Notes: a model not told the origin generated them from the letters alone. A stretch of DNA of 64,000 nt from an uncultured Phycisphaerales bacterium (GCA_963758525.1 CAVWVQ010000003.1:544001-608000); one strand, 5' to 3'. Positions 29,730-39,792 are shown, numbered from the stretch's first letter. A program made the numbers and translations.

Positions 29730-31628
29730 CTGAAGCAAACGGATTCAGCAGGCTGGCTGCACGAACAAGGTGCAGCGGAGAATTGCCAACACTCAGAAGC
29801 TGGCTCTTCACTTGATCGCGGCGGGCCTGGTCATCCGCATTGCGGAGACAATGGCCTTGGCCAATCCGTGTCACAACCCATTGAGATCTTCGCGCGCTGC
29901 GCAAATTTTCCCGGGCAGGCGATCAGCCAAAAGATCAAGAGCCGCGAAGACGCGAAGACGCGAAGACAAACGCGAAGGAAGACAATTCAATTGCACCTGA
30001 AACCCCAAGGCACAATTCCCTGGGCTTCGATCCCTTATTTTTGATTTTCTTACCTTCGCGTCTCTCTTCGCGTCTTCGCGGCTCTTCGTTTTGGTTGCGG
30101 CTGAAGCAAACGGATTCAGCAGGCTGGCTGCACGAACAAGGTGCAGCGGAGAATTGCCAACACTCAGAAGCTGGCTCTTCACTTGATCGCGGCGGGCCTG
30201 GTCATCCGCATTGCGGAGACAATGGCCTTGGCCAATCCGTGTCACAACCCATTAAGATCTTCGCGCGCTGCGCAAATTTTCCCGGGCAGGGGATCAGCCA
30301 AAAGATCAAGAGCCGCGAAGACGCGAAGCCGCGAAGACAAACGCGAAGGAAGACAATTCAATTGCACCTGAAACCCGAAGGCACAATTTCCTGGGCTTCG
30401 ATCCCGCATTTTTGATTTTCTTACCTTCGCGTCTCTCTTCGCGTCTTCGCGTCTTCGCGGCTCTTCGTTTTGGTTGCGGCTGAAGCAAACGGATTCAGCA
30501 GGCTGGCTGCACGAACAAGGTGCAGCGGAGAATTGCCAACACTCAGAAGCTGGCTCTTCACTTGATCGCGGCGGGCCTGGTCATCCGCATCGCGGTGGCA
30601 ATGGCCTTGGCCAATCCGTGTCACAACCCATTGAGATTTTCGCGCGTGTGCAAATTTTCCCGGGCAGGCGATCAGCCAAAAGATCAAGAGCCGCGAAGAC
30701 GCGAAGACGCGAAGGAAGACAATTCAATTGCACCTGAAACCCCAAGGCACAATTCCCTGGGCTTCGATCCCGCATTTTTGATTTTTCTTACCTTCGCGTC
30801 TCTCTTCGCGTCTTCGCGTCTTCGCGGCTCTTCGTTTTGGTTGCGGCTGAAGCAAACGTTTTCAGCAGGGTGGCTGCACGAACAAGGTGCAGCGGAGAAT
30901 TGCCAACACTCAGAAGCTGGCTCTTCACTTGATCGCGGCGGGCCTGGTCATCCGCATTGCGGAGACAATGGCCTTGGCCAATCCGTGTCACAACCCATTG
31001 AGATCTTCGCGCGCTGCGCAAATTTTCCCGGGCAGGCGATCAGCCAAAAGATCAAGAGCCGCGAAGACGCGAAGACGCGAAGCCGCGAAGCCGCGAAGAC
31101 AAACGCGAAGGAAGACAATTCAATTGCACCTGAAACCCGAAGGCACAATTCCCTGGGCTTCGATCCCGCATTTTTGATTTTCTTACCTTCGCGTCTCTCT
31201 TCGCGTCTTCGCGTCTTCGCGGCTCTTCGTTTTGGTTGCGGCTGAAGCAAACGTTTTCAGCAGGGTGGCTGCACGAACAAGGTGCAGCGGAGAATTGCCA
31301 ATACTCAGGAACTGGCTCTTCACTTGATCGCGGCGGGCCTGGTCATCCGCATTGCGGAGACAATGGCCTTGGCCAATCCGTGTCACAACCCATTGAGATC
31401 TTCGCGCGCTGCGCAAATTTTCCCGGGCAGGCGATCAGCCAAAAGATCAAGAGCCGCGAAGCCGCGAAGCCGCGAAGACAAACGCGAAGGAAGACAATTC
31501 AATTGCACCTGAAACCCGAAGGCACAATTCCCTGGGCTTCGATCCCGCAGTTTTGATTTTCTTACCTTCGCGTCTCTCTTCGCGTCTTCGCGTCTTCGCG
31601 TCTTCGCGGCTCTTCGTTTTGGTTGCGG
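29730..31628. repeat. Tandem array of five 367-395-bp units, each with a long hairpin
   Basis: Units start with CTGAAGCAAAC at 29730, 30101, 30480, 30847, 31242. Confidence 0.97.
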
Positions 31629-32040
31629 CTGAGCGAAGCGAGGCAGCGCTGGGCATATCTCTCGCCTGCGCGAGTGATGGAAAAAGCTTGATCTGCTGGA
31701 CAGTGCCGTCGTTATGGAGTTCGAGGACACGGCCCTGGCGCAGATCGAAATCCTCGCCGTTGAGCGTGAGGAACAATGGATTAACCGATTCCCGCAGGTA
31801 GCCGAATGTGCGGCCGTTATCGATTTTCAGGGAGCCCTTATCGATCCACTCCAGCGAATGGGTGTTGTACGAGCTGCCGACGGCGATGCCGAATTCCCCG
31901 GCATAGACGATCACATAATGGACGTCGACACCGTCATCCACGATCAGCGCGGAATGGTCGTTGTGCGTGATGGAGGTCGTTTTGGGATATTCGCTGCGGA
32001 CCGGTTGAAGCGGAGATAGAGTAACGGATACCGGCCGCGC
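31447..32040 (-). CDS. Probable C-terminal extracytoplasmic part of the kinase (after a frameshift), reading into the tandem array
   Basis: Protein-like stretch SEYPKTTSITHNDHSALIVDDG..FDLRQGRVLEL, then repeat-derived REDAKTRR. Confidence 0.55.
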   Translation of the reverse strand, partial: ARPVSVTLSPLQPVRSEYPKTTSITHNDHSALIVDDGVDVHYVIVYAGEFGIAVGSSYNTHSLEWIDKGSLKIDNGRTFGYLRESVNPLFLTLNGEDFDLRQGRVLELHNDGTVQQIKLFPSLAQARDMPSAASLRSAATKTKSREDAKTRRREERREGKKIKTAGSKPRELCLRVSGAIELSSFAFVFAASRLRGS

Positions 32041-33923
32041 GCGTTTCCGGCGTTTGCGACCGGCTCGACGAGCTGCCCGACGACAAAGAACATCATCCAG
32101 ATTCCCAGACTGACTGCGCCCATGAAGATTGCCGTACGTCCCTTGCCAGATCTGTAGGAAGTAAAGCCAAGGCCGATTGCGAGGAGGGCCGTAATCAGCG
32201 TCATCCAAATTGCGAATTGCTGGCCGCGGGGTGTGAGCCAGGGGAGGAACCAGGGAGCCATCCAATAGAAGATTGTGGGAATCACGCCGCTCATAATGGC
32301 GCAGAAGAGGGCGACGCTGGCGAGCGTCGTGTTGGTGTGGTGGGCGCGAAACTTTGGAACCTCGACCGCCTGGCTGTCTCCGATCTTCACTTGAGGCGCT
32401 GCCGCTCGCCATACCCAGCGGACAATCAAGACGTCGACGACAATGACGAGCGCGACCGCGAAGAGGATCGGAACGCGGCGATGGTCGGCGATAAAGTTCG
32501 CGAATTCCGTCATGAGCGGCGGATGCACCTGCGGATTATCTGCATTGGAAGTGTTGGCGTAAAAGTCCGCGACGATGGTGGCAAGCTTGGAGATTAAGGC
32601 CACAATCAGACCGTTCATCGCCAGCAGAGGGAAGATCAAACCATCGAACATTGCCAGCGCGCGTCCCCGAATCGCACCCGCCGATCGGCGGATCTGCGAC
32701 AGAGCAATCCAGCCAAGGATCGTGGCGGCGAACAGAAGTCCGAAAGCAAACACTTGCGCCGCCTCGACCATCGCCATGCCGCGGCGGTCGTCATTCCGAA
32801 CCGGACCGGTGATTGCCGGACCAAGCACCCCTATGGCGATGAACAGAAGAAGCAGCGCCGCCCCGACGATCGCCGTGCGCGAAAATCGCGCTCGGCCGAC
32901 TCCCGGGCTGGCGTAATCCACCCCAACGCTTCCCATCACCGGCGGTCTGCTTGCAATCGTCTCGACCGCGGTTTTCATCATACTCGCCGCCGTATATCGC
33001 AGGCCCGGCTCGCGTTCCAGCGCCCGCAGCACTACTTCATCCAAACGCACATCCAGCACCAGTTTCCGGCTCGGCGGCTGGGCAGGGCGGGCCGGCAATT
33101 CACCGGTCAGCATCTGGTAGAAGACGACCCCCAATGCATAAATATCAGCGCGATGATCGACATTGCCAAAGCTCGCCTCCTGCTCCGGAGCCATGTATTG
33201 CGGCGTACCCACGATCTTCCCGGCCTCAGTCAGGGCGAGCCCGACGGTCGCGGAAGCTTGCGCGCCCGCCGGCTCCTCATGCCCGGTGATTTTCGCGAGG
33301 CCAAAGTCAGCAACCTTCACATTCCCGCGCCGGTCGAGCAGGATGTTTTCCGGCTTGATGTCGCGATGGACGATTCCCTTGTCGTGAGCGTACTGCAGCG
33401 CGTCGCAGACCTGCGGCACGATCGCCAGCGCCTCGCGCGGTGCGACTCTTCCGCCGTTCATCAGTTGTCGCAGATTGACCCCGTCGACATATTCCATCAG
33501 AAAGTAATAGAGACCGGTGCTGGTCCGGCCAAACTCGTAAAGCGTGACGACGTTTGGATGATTCAGTCGCGCCAGTGCCTTGGCTTCGCGGGCAAAGCGG
33601 TCGGCAAAGCCGGGATCCGCGGCAATGTCCGGCGGCAGCACTTTCAGCGCCACCACCCGGTCGAGTTGCGTCTGCAGCGCCTTGTAGACGGCTCCCATGC
33701 CGCCGCGACCCAGCAATTCCGTCACTTCCATGCCGGCAAACTGCCCAGCCAGATCCCCGGGCGTGGGTGGCTCCCATTGCCGCGCGGCAGCGCCATCAGT
33801 CGCTTCGAACCCCGCCGTCGGAGCTTCCATCCCGCGCTTGAGCAGGCAACGGACACACTGCCCCGTGGCCATGCCAGGAGTCAGCGGCCTTCCACAGGAT
33901 GAACAGAATGAGGCTTGCGGCAT
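31944..33923 (-). CDS. Membrane Ser/Thr protein kinase (Hanks type)
   Basis: LGRGGMGAVY, VALK, HRDIKPEN, DFGLAK, GTPQYMAPEQ, then many TM helices; N-terminal CxxC..CxxC. Confidence 0.95.
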   Translation of the reverse strand: MPQASFCSSCGRPLTPGMATGQCVRCLLKRGMEAPTAGFEATDGAAARQWEPPTPGDLAGQFAGMEVTELLGRGGMGAVYKALQTQLDRVVALKVLPPDIAADPGFADRFAREAKALARLNHPNVVTLYEFGRTSTGLYYFLMEYVDGVNLRQLMNGGRVAPREALAIVPQVCDALQYAHDKGIVHRDIKPENILLDRRGNVKVADFGLAKITGHEEPAGAQASATVGLALTEAGKIVGTPQYMAPEQEASFGNVDHRADIYALGVVFYQMLTGELPARPAQPPSRKLVLDVRLDEVVLRALEREPGLRYTAASMMKTAVETIASRPPVMGSVGVDYASPGVGRARFSRTAIVGAALLLLFIAIGVLGPAITGPVRNDDRRGMAMVEAAQVFAFGLLFAATILGWIALSQIRRSAGAIRGRALAMFDGLIFPLLAMNGLIVALISKLATIVADFYANTSNADNPQVHPPLMTEFANFIADHRRVPILFAVALVIVVDVLIVRWVWRAAAPQVKIGDSQAVEVPKFRAHHTNTTLASVALFCAIMSGVIPTIFYWMAPWFLPWLTPRGQQFAIWMTLITALLAIGLGFTSYRSGKGRTAIFMGAVSLGIWMMFFVVGQLVEPVANAGNARGRYPLLYLRFNRSAANIPKRPPSRTTTIPR

Positions 33924-33977
33924 GCGGGCTTCTCCGTGTTGGTTTCCCGGCATGAAAGAAGCAAATCGCCGGAAAGC

Positions 33978-34715
33978 TTACAGCGAATTCAGAAGGTCCC
34001 GCAGTTCCTCGTCGACAAGGGATGGATCAGAAACGGTTTGCGCCACTTCTTGCCTCAGCAATTGACGGTAGCGTTTGCGCATGCGGTGCGCTGCAACCTG
34101 CAGCGCCCCCTCGGTTGTACCCAGCGCGCCCGCCAGCGTCGCGTAGCCCGATGTGATCTCGCCGGTCAGCGTTCCTTGAAGAGCGTCGAACAGGGATTTC
34201 TGATCGCGCCCGCGGTATTCGTCCTGGAGCCGGGCCACCACACGATTCAGAATAGTCACCGTCCACTTGCGGTTGAAGACCTGCTCGGGCGTCGCCGAGT
34301 CGATCGGTTCGAGGTGGTACCCAGACTCGGCCTCACTGGCGCTCAGGCTGAACGTCCTCACGTGGCCCCCGCGCTTTTGCGTGCGTTCCTTGTCTCGTTC
34401 ATTGGAGACGAAATGTTTCAGCGCCGCCAGGGCGAACGACCGGAACTTCCCCTTGGCTGAATCGACGGATCGAAGATCGTTTCGTTCGATCAGCCTGGCG
34501 AAGAACGCCTGCGTGAGATCCTCCGCCTGTTCCGGGGAGTGACCATTGCGACGAAGGTATGCATACAAAGGCGGCCAATAGACGCGCGCCAACTCCGCCA
34601 TCGCCGTGCCGTACCGGGAGCCGGCGGCGCCTTCTCCCGCGGCGGCGACAATGCTCCAACGCGTCTCGGCAAAGCCTTGGCGTGCGGCGCCCGATGATCG
34701 TTTCGTCCTCGTCAA
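33978..34715 (-). CDS. ECF-type sigma-70 factor (kinase-associated)
   Basis: FAETRWSIV, YWPPLYAY, AEDLTQAFF, GKFRSF, HRMRKRYR..LRQEVAQTV. Confidence 0.9.
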   Translation of the reverse strand: MTRTKRSSGAARQGFAETRWSIVAAAGEGAAGSRYGTAMAELARVYWPPLYAYLRRNGHSPEQAEDLTQAFFARLIERNDLRSVDSAKGKFRSFALAALKHFVSNERDKERTQKRGGHVRTFSLSASEAESGYHLEPIDSATPEQVFNRKWTVTILNRVVARLQDEYRGRDQKSLFDALQGTLTGEITSGYATLAGALGTTEGALQVAAHRMRKRYRQLLRQEVAQTVSDPSLVDEELRDLLNSL

Positions 34716-34837
34716 GGACGACAGTTTACACTATTGATGGAATCGCGGTTGCCAGGTTTGCTGTACAGCGGTGCGCAGAGAAACGCGTCCGAGCGCGATC
34801 CGCCGCGCGGCGCGCTACACTTCGGGAGCCGGTGATT

Positions 34838-36019
34838 ATGGGTGCCGATTCAGACGACCCGTCCAGTCGCTCCATCTTCCATGTCGACATGGACGCGTTC
34901 TTCGCGTCCATCGAGCAGATGGATAATCCCAGCCTGCGCGGCAAGCCCGTCCTGGTCGGCTACGACGGACCGCGCGGAGTCGTTGCCGCCGCTTCTTACG
35001 AGGCGCGGCAGTTCGACTGCCACTCGGCAATGCCGATGGCGATTGCCAAACGACGATGCCCGCACGCTGTCATTGTTCCGGTTCGATTCTCCCGCTACCG
35101 GGAAATCTCCGGGCGGATGTTTGCGATCTTCGACGAGTTTTCCCCGCTGGTGGAACCGCTGAGCGTCGACGAGGCGTTTCTCGATCTGACCGGAACGCAA
35201 AAGCTGCTCGGCAAACCCGAAGATGTCGCACGGCGATTGAAAGAGCGGATCAGAAGCGCACTGGGCCTGACCGCGTCCATCGGCGTGGCGCCCAACAAGT
35301 TTCTCGCCAAACTCGCGTCAGACTTTAAAAAGCCCGACGGCCTGGTCGTCGTCCGGCCGGACCAGATCGATGCGCTGCTGGTCTCCCTGCCTGTGGACAA
35401 GCTCTGGGGGATCGGCCCGGTGACCGCCGCCAAACTGAAGGAAGTCGGCATTCACAAGATCGGCGATCTCCGCAAACGCTCCGCCGAAAGCGTCGAGCGG
35501 ATGTTCGGCCGCGACTCTGCCCGATTCTTGCGGCTGGCGCACGGAATCGATGATCGTCCCGTCGTCCCCGATCGGGAAGCCAAAAGCATCGGGCAGGAAC
35601 AGACATTCGGAGTTGACGCAGCCGTGCCCGACGATGTGCGGCGCGTGCTCTTTGAACAGGTCGAGCAGGTCGGCCAGCGACTTCGCAAGCATGGCCTTTG
35701 CGCCCGCACGGTCTCGCTCAAAATCCGCTACGGCGATTTTGAAACCATCACCAGATCGCTGACCTTGAAGGACGCCACCGACACCACCAGCGACCTCTGG
35801 AATGCCGCCAGCTCGCTCTTCGACAAATGGTGCCACAACGGCTTTCGCCCCGTCCGGCTGATCGGAGCCTCGGCGTCTCTACTGAGCCGCGGACCAGCAC
35901 AAATGAATCTCTTCGTCGATCCGCAACAAGAGCGCAAGAAGCAGCTGGACGGCGTGGCCGACCGGATCACCGCCAAGTTCGGAACCGGCGCGATTCGCCG
36001 CGGCGGAGGGCTCAGCTAA
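34838..36019 (+). CDS. dinB: DNA polymerase IV
   Basis: HVDMDAFFASIE, ASYEAR, SVDEAFLD, NKFLAKLASD..KPDG. Confidence 0.96.
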   Translation: MGADSDDPSSRSIFHVDMDAFFASIEQMDNPSLRGKPVLVGYDGPRGVVAAASYEARQFDCHSAMPMAIAKRRCPHAVIVPVRFSRYREISGRMFAIFDEFSPLVEPLSVDEAFLDLTGTQKLLGKPEDVARRLKERIRSALGLTASIGVAPNKFLAKLASDFKKPDGLVVVRPDQIDALLVSLPVDKLWGIGPVTAAKLKEVGIHKIGDLRKRSAESVERMFGRDSARFLRLAHGIDDRPVVPDREAKSIGQEQTFGVDAAVPDDVRRVLFEQVEQVGQRLRKHGLCARTVSLKIRYGDFETITRSLTLKDATDTTSDLWNAASSLFDKWCHNGFRPVRLIGASASLLSRGPAQMNLFVDPQQERKKQLDGVADRITAKFGTGAIRRGGGLS

Positions 36020-36196
36020 AAGCCCATTTAGAATGCGGAGGCGGGGCTTACCTGTTGAATAGGAGTTTTCGCGATCACCGAGGAATTGCCAGAAGGTTGT
36101 TTTGCTTCCAAGCGACATCGCCCAAAGTTGTGTTTATGGCCGATGTTCGTACCATGCGTGGGCACTGTCTTTAAGAGCATGAAGGAAGGATCCGCG

Positions 36197-36448
36197 ATGT
36201 CAGAGCGCTGGTTACGATGCCTCGTTCGCAAGGGGATGTTCAGCGACGAGATGGTTGTGGTGATCAAGATCCTGTCGGGCGAGCCTGCCTCATTTTTCGT
36301 CCCACGGGAGTGGGTTACGGGGAAGGAAGGCCAGGAGGGGCAGGTGAAAGTTCGCGCATTTTCGGAACAGTCACGGGCTTGGGCGATCGTCCCCGACGAG
36401 AGCCAGACGATCCTGGCGGTGGATGAATCCCAGTTTGTCGCCGCATGA
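36197..36448 (+). CDS. Small hypothetical protein (83 aa) translationally coupled to dcd
   Basis: AAGGA RBS, ATG at 36197, ATGA overlap with the next gene, beta-rich sequence. Confidence 0.75.
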   Translation: MSERWLRCLVRKGMFSDEMVVVIKILSGEPASFFVPREWVTGKEGQEGQVKVRAFSEQSRAWAIVPDESQTILAVDESQFVAA

Positions 36449-37054
36449 TCCTCTCCAACGTCGATATCCACGATGCGCTGGATAAGGGGTGGCTGAAGAT
36501 CACTCCGGAACCGACCCCGCGCAAGCTGGGGGATTCGGCGGGAAAATGTCCATTTCAAACCAGCGCGGTCGATCTGCGGCTGGGGAGCGAGATCGCCTAT
36601 TTCAGGGAGGGCATCCCGGCGCAGATCGATCTCCGAAAGGGGGATTTCAACGCTCTCTTCGGGCCGATGTCCGAAACGCGGAATCTCACTGACGATCAGC
36701 CGTATGTTCTGCGCCCCAACAAGCTTGTCCTGGGAAAGACGCTGGAGAAAATCGAGCTGCCGTTGCTGCCAAGCGGCGTCCTCGCGGCCGCGTCGAAGGA
36801 AAAAGTCCCTCGCGGCCCGCGTCGAAGGAAAAAGCTCATATGCCCGCTGCGGCCTGCTGGTCCATTTCACTGCGCCGACGGTTCACGCCGGATTCTCCGG
36901 CACTATCACGCTCGAGCTGATTAACCTCGGTCCGCTGGATATCGCACTTTACCCGTCGATGCCGATCTGCCAGCTGATCATCGAGCAGGTATCGGGAATT
37001 CCTTTCCGCAACGACAGTCAATTCCAAAATCAGACGCGCCCCGGCGGGCGGTAA
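36445..37054 (+). CDS. dcd: dCTP deaminase (trimeric dUTPase-fold Dcd), interrupted by a ~28-bp duplication
   Basis: MILSNVDI, SAVDLRLG, ARVEGKSSYARCGL, AGFSGTITLELIN, MPICQL. Confidence 0.88.
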
Positions 37055-37156
37055 CTCTGAGTGCATTCCCCTTGGCGGCCGTGTGCGCCGGTCGTGGCGT
37101 GGCGTCCGGCCGATCCTGTACAATTGGCACCATTCGCAACATGAAAGGATGACGCC

Positions 37157-38054
37157 ATGAGCGATGAAAACATGCTGACGCAAATCTCCGGGAAGCCCGG
37201 CTTCCTGGCGGCGCTGGACCAAAGCGGCGGATCGACGCCCGGCGCTCTGCGGCAATACGGCATTCCCGACAGCGCCTACAGCGGCGATGCCGAGATGTTC
37301 CAACGCATGCATGAAATGCGCAGTCCGCGTCATGACCGCGCCCTCCTTTCGCGGAGACAAAATTATCGGCGCGATTCTCTTCGAAGGCACCATGGACGGC
37401 CTGGCCAACGGGAAGCCGGTCCCGACCTATCTCTGGAAGGATCGCGGCGTCGTTCCTTTCCTCAAAGTCGACAAGGGTCTGGACGTGGAAAAGGACGGCG
37501 TGCGGCTCATGAAGCCGATGCCCACCCTCGACGCCCTGCTCGCTCGGGCCGTCGGGCTGGGTATCTTCGGCACCAAGATGCGCTCCGTCATCCATCTCCC
37601 GTCGACAACCGGGATTGCCGCGATCGTCGACCAACAGTTTGCCGCAGGCAGACAAATCATCAAACACGGGCTCGTGCCGATCCTGGAGCCCGAAGTCCTG
37701 ATCAACAGTCCGGGAAAGGCCGCCGCGGAAGCCATCCTGTTGGAACAACTGCATAAGGGGCTCGACGCTCTGCCGGTGGGACAGTCGGTGATGCTCAAAC
37801 TGACGATCCCCGAAACTCCCGACTTCTACGCGCCGCTGATCAGCCACGAGCGGGTGATCAGGGTCGTGGCCCTCTCCGGCGGCTACACCCTCGACGTTGC
37901 CTGCGAACGCCTCGCGAAGAATCACAACATGATCGCCAGCTTTTCCCGCGCCCTTCTGGACGGCCTGCGAAAGTCAATGAGCGATGCCGAGTTCGACGCC
38001 GAATTGGCGAGGGTCATCGACAAGATCTATCGAGCTTCCACTGTGAAGAGCTGA
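37157..38054 (+). CDS. fda: Fructose-bisphosphate aldolase class I, bacterial type (extra base near 37322)
   Basis: GFLAALDQSGGSTP, ILFE, FLKVDKG, FGTKMRSVI, PILEPEV, VALSGGY, IASFSRAL. Confidence 0.93.
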
Positions 38055-38060
38055 GATGGA

Positions 38061-38420
38061 GACCCAACGGATGGCAATCCGTTGGCTTTCCCATTCCGTC
38101 CGTCGCGGCGCCGGGCGGTGCATTGAACCCGCCCGCGCTGGCGAACGCATTTTCCCGATTCCCAAAAAGCCAACGGATTGCCAATCCGTGGGGCCTCTCT
38201 GGTCTTCCATTGCGATGCGATGGACCCATTGGATGACCACCCCCGTGTCATTGGATCACAGAAAACAAACGGAGCGGACTCCCCCTTTGACCGCAGTTCC
38301 GGCTGCCGGGGCTTTGGCGCCAATGGACCTTTTAGCCGGTCTCGCTTGCGAGCCGTGCTCTGCTGTTTGGTGAGGACCGCGCAAAAAGAAACACCGGCTC
38401 GCAAGCGAGACCGGCTAAAA
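38061..38420. repeat. Two REP-like inverted doublets
   Basis: cccaacggatggcaatccgttggcttt / aaagccaacggattgccaatccgtggg; tttagccggtctcgcttgcgagccg / cggctcgcaagcgagaccggctaaa. Confidence 0.8.
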
Positions 38421-38463
38421 GGGGACGGCGAACCGTTCCCGCGTCTCACTCCACCCTTCACTC

Positions 38464-38712
38464 CGTCCCTTCGTCCCTTCGTCCCTTCGTCCCTTCGCCC
38501 CTCTGTCCCTCCGTCCCTATGTCCCTATCTCCCTTCGCCCCTCTGTCCCTCTGTCCCTCTGTCCCTCTGTCCCTCTGTCCCTCTGTCCCTCTGTCCCTCT
38601 GTCCCTCTGTCCCTCTGTCCCTCTGTCCCTCTGTCCCTCTGTCCCTCTGTCCCTCTGTCCCTCTGTCCCTCTGTCCCTCTGTCCCTCTGTCCCTTCGTCC
38701 CCTTGTCCCTTC
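38464..38712. repeat. Octamer microsatellite (CCCTCTGT)n with CCCTTCGT variants
   Basis: About 30 units directly visible. Confidence 0.97.
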
Positions 38713-38957
38713 CGCTCCTCAATCCACGACACCAATTCGTCAACATTATCCGTCCAGAGCAGAACGTCGTCCCCCTGGTACTCAGTCGCTTCGGCAATCT
38801 CGTATCGCCCCTCCTCCGCATCATCGTTAATGGTCAACCGGTAGATGACCGTCTGCCAGCCGAGGGCTGTTAATTCCCGGTGCCGGAACGGATCGATCAC
38901 GTATTCGTGCTCGCCGCCGTGGCTGGAGATGTGCCGCAGTGTTTCGTTGTCCACCAT
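38517..38957 (-). CDS. Hypothetical acidic protein whose 3' end runs into the octamer repeat
   Basis: MVDNETLRHISSHGGEHEYVIDPF..WTDNVDELVSWIEERK then (EGQRDRGT)n. Confidence 0.5.
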   Translation of the reverse strand: MVDNETLRHISSHGGEHEYVIDPFRHRELTALGWQTVIYRLTINDDAEEGRYEIAEATEYQGDDVLLWTDNVDELVSWIEERKGQGDEGTEGQRDRGTEGQRDRGTEGQRDRGTEGQRDRGTEGQRDRGTEGQRDRGTEGRREIGT

Positions 38958-39036
38958 CGCCTGCAGGTCTCGGCGTTGTACCAGCAAATCGGCCCCACGA
39001 TCGAATGCCGAAGGTCGTCCTGATAGAATCGCGTTC

Positions 39037-39792
39037 ATGCCGATCGCGTGGAATATCACCGACGCCGAAGTCGCCAAAGTCAAGGCGTTTGTCGCTTCGC
39101 GCATGAACGACGGGCTGGTGAAGCATCGCATCAAATTCAATCTCACGAATCGGCCGACGTGCATTGACCGCGCCGACGTGTGGCACAACCAGATTTACTG
39201 CCTGATGTCGACGCAACAAAAGTCCGGGCCAGAAGCCTTCGTCACGAAGTTTGTGAACCTCGAGCCTTTTCCGTTGTCGCTTGAGAAATGTCGGGCGTCG
39301 TCTGACGTTCGCGAGCTGGTTGTCAGCGAGCTTACAAATTTTGGCGGCATCCGACGTGCGCCAACAATCGCTAGCGAAGCCAAAACAAACATCGAATGGT
39401 TTCACGACCAATGGTGGCCTGAAGTCGATGAAGTGCTACGCTCGCTCATCGGCGTTGACGATCCAAGGGCGGAACGCTTAGCTGCCCACTTCATCGACAA
39501 CGCGTTCAAAGGCTTCGGCCCAAAGCAAGCCAGGAACCTGCTACAAATGCTCGGGCTTACGCGCTACGAGATTCCGCTCGATAGCCGCGTCGCGAAATGG
39601 TTCAACGCCTTCGGCTTCGGCGTATCGATCGATGCGGCAGAGCTTCCTTGCATCGGTCCGTACGAACGATTGAGCGACAAGGTCATAGAGCTTTGCCGCC
39701 GCGCTGAAATTTATCCGTGCGTGCTGGACGCCGCCGCGTTTGCGAGCTTCGACGGCGACGGTTGGAATAGCGTTGACGGAATTATCGGGTAA
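39037..39792 (+). CDS. HhH-GPD superfamily DNA glycosylase-like protein
   Basis: FKGFGPKQARNLLQMLG (HhH-like) followed by IPLDSRV; TGnTAGAAT promoter 7 nt before ATG. Confidence 0.6.
   Translation: MPIAWNITDAEVAKVKAFVASRMNDGLVKHRIKFNLTNRPTCIDRADVWHNQIYCLMSTQQKSGPEAFVTKFVNLEPFPLSLEKCRASSDVRELVVSELTNFGGIRRAPTIASEAKTNIEWFHDQWWPEVDEVLRSLIGVDDPRAERLAAHFIDNAFKGFGPKQARNLLQMLGLTRYEIPLDSRVAKWFNAFGFGVSIDAAELPCIGPYERLSDKVIELCRRAEIYPCVLDAAAFASFDGDGWNSVDGIIG

Noticed and set aside
29730..31628. CRISPR array
   Set aside because: Whole ~375-bp units repeat with no unique spacers, and there are no cas genes
29724..31730. The many short ORFs called inside the tandem array
   Set aside because: Frames and stops change between copies with repeat number; no RBS or known motif
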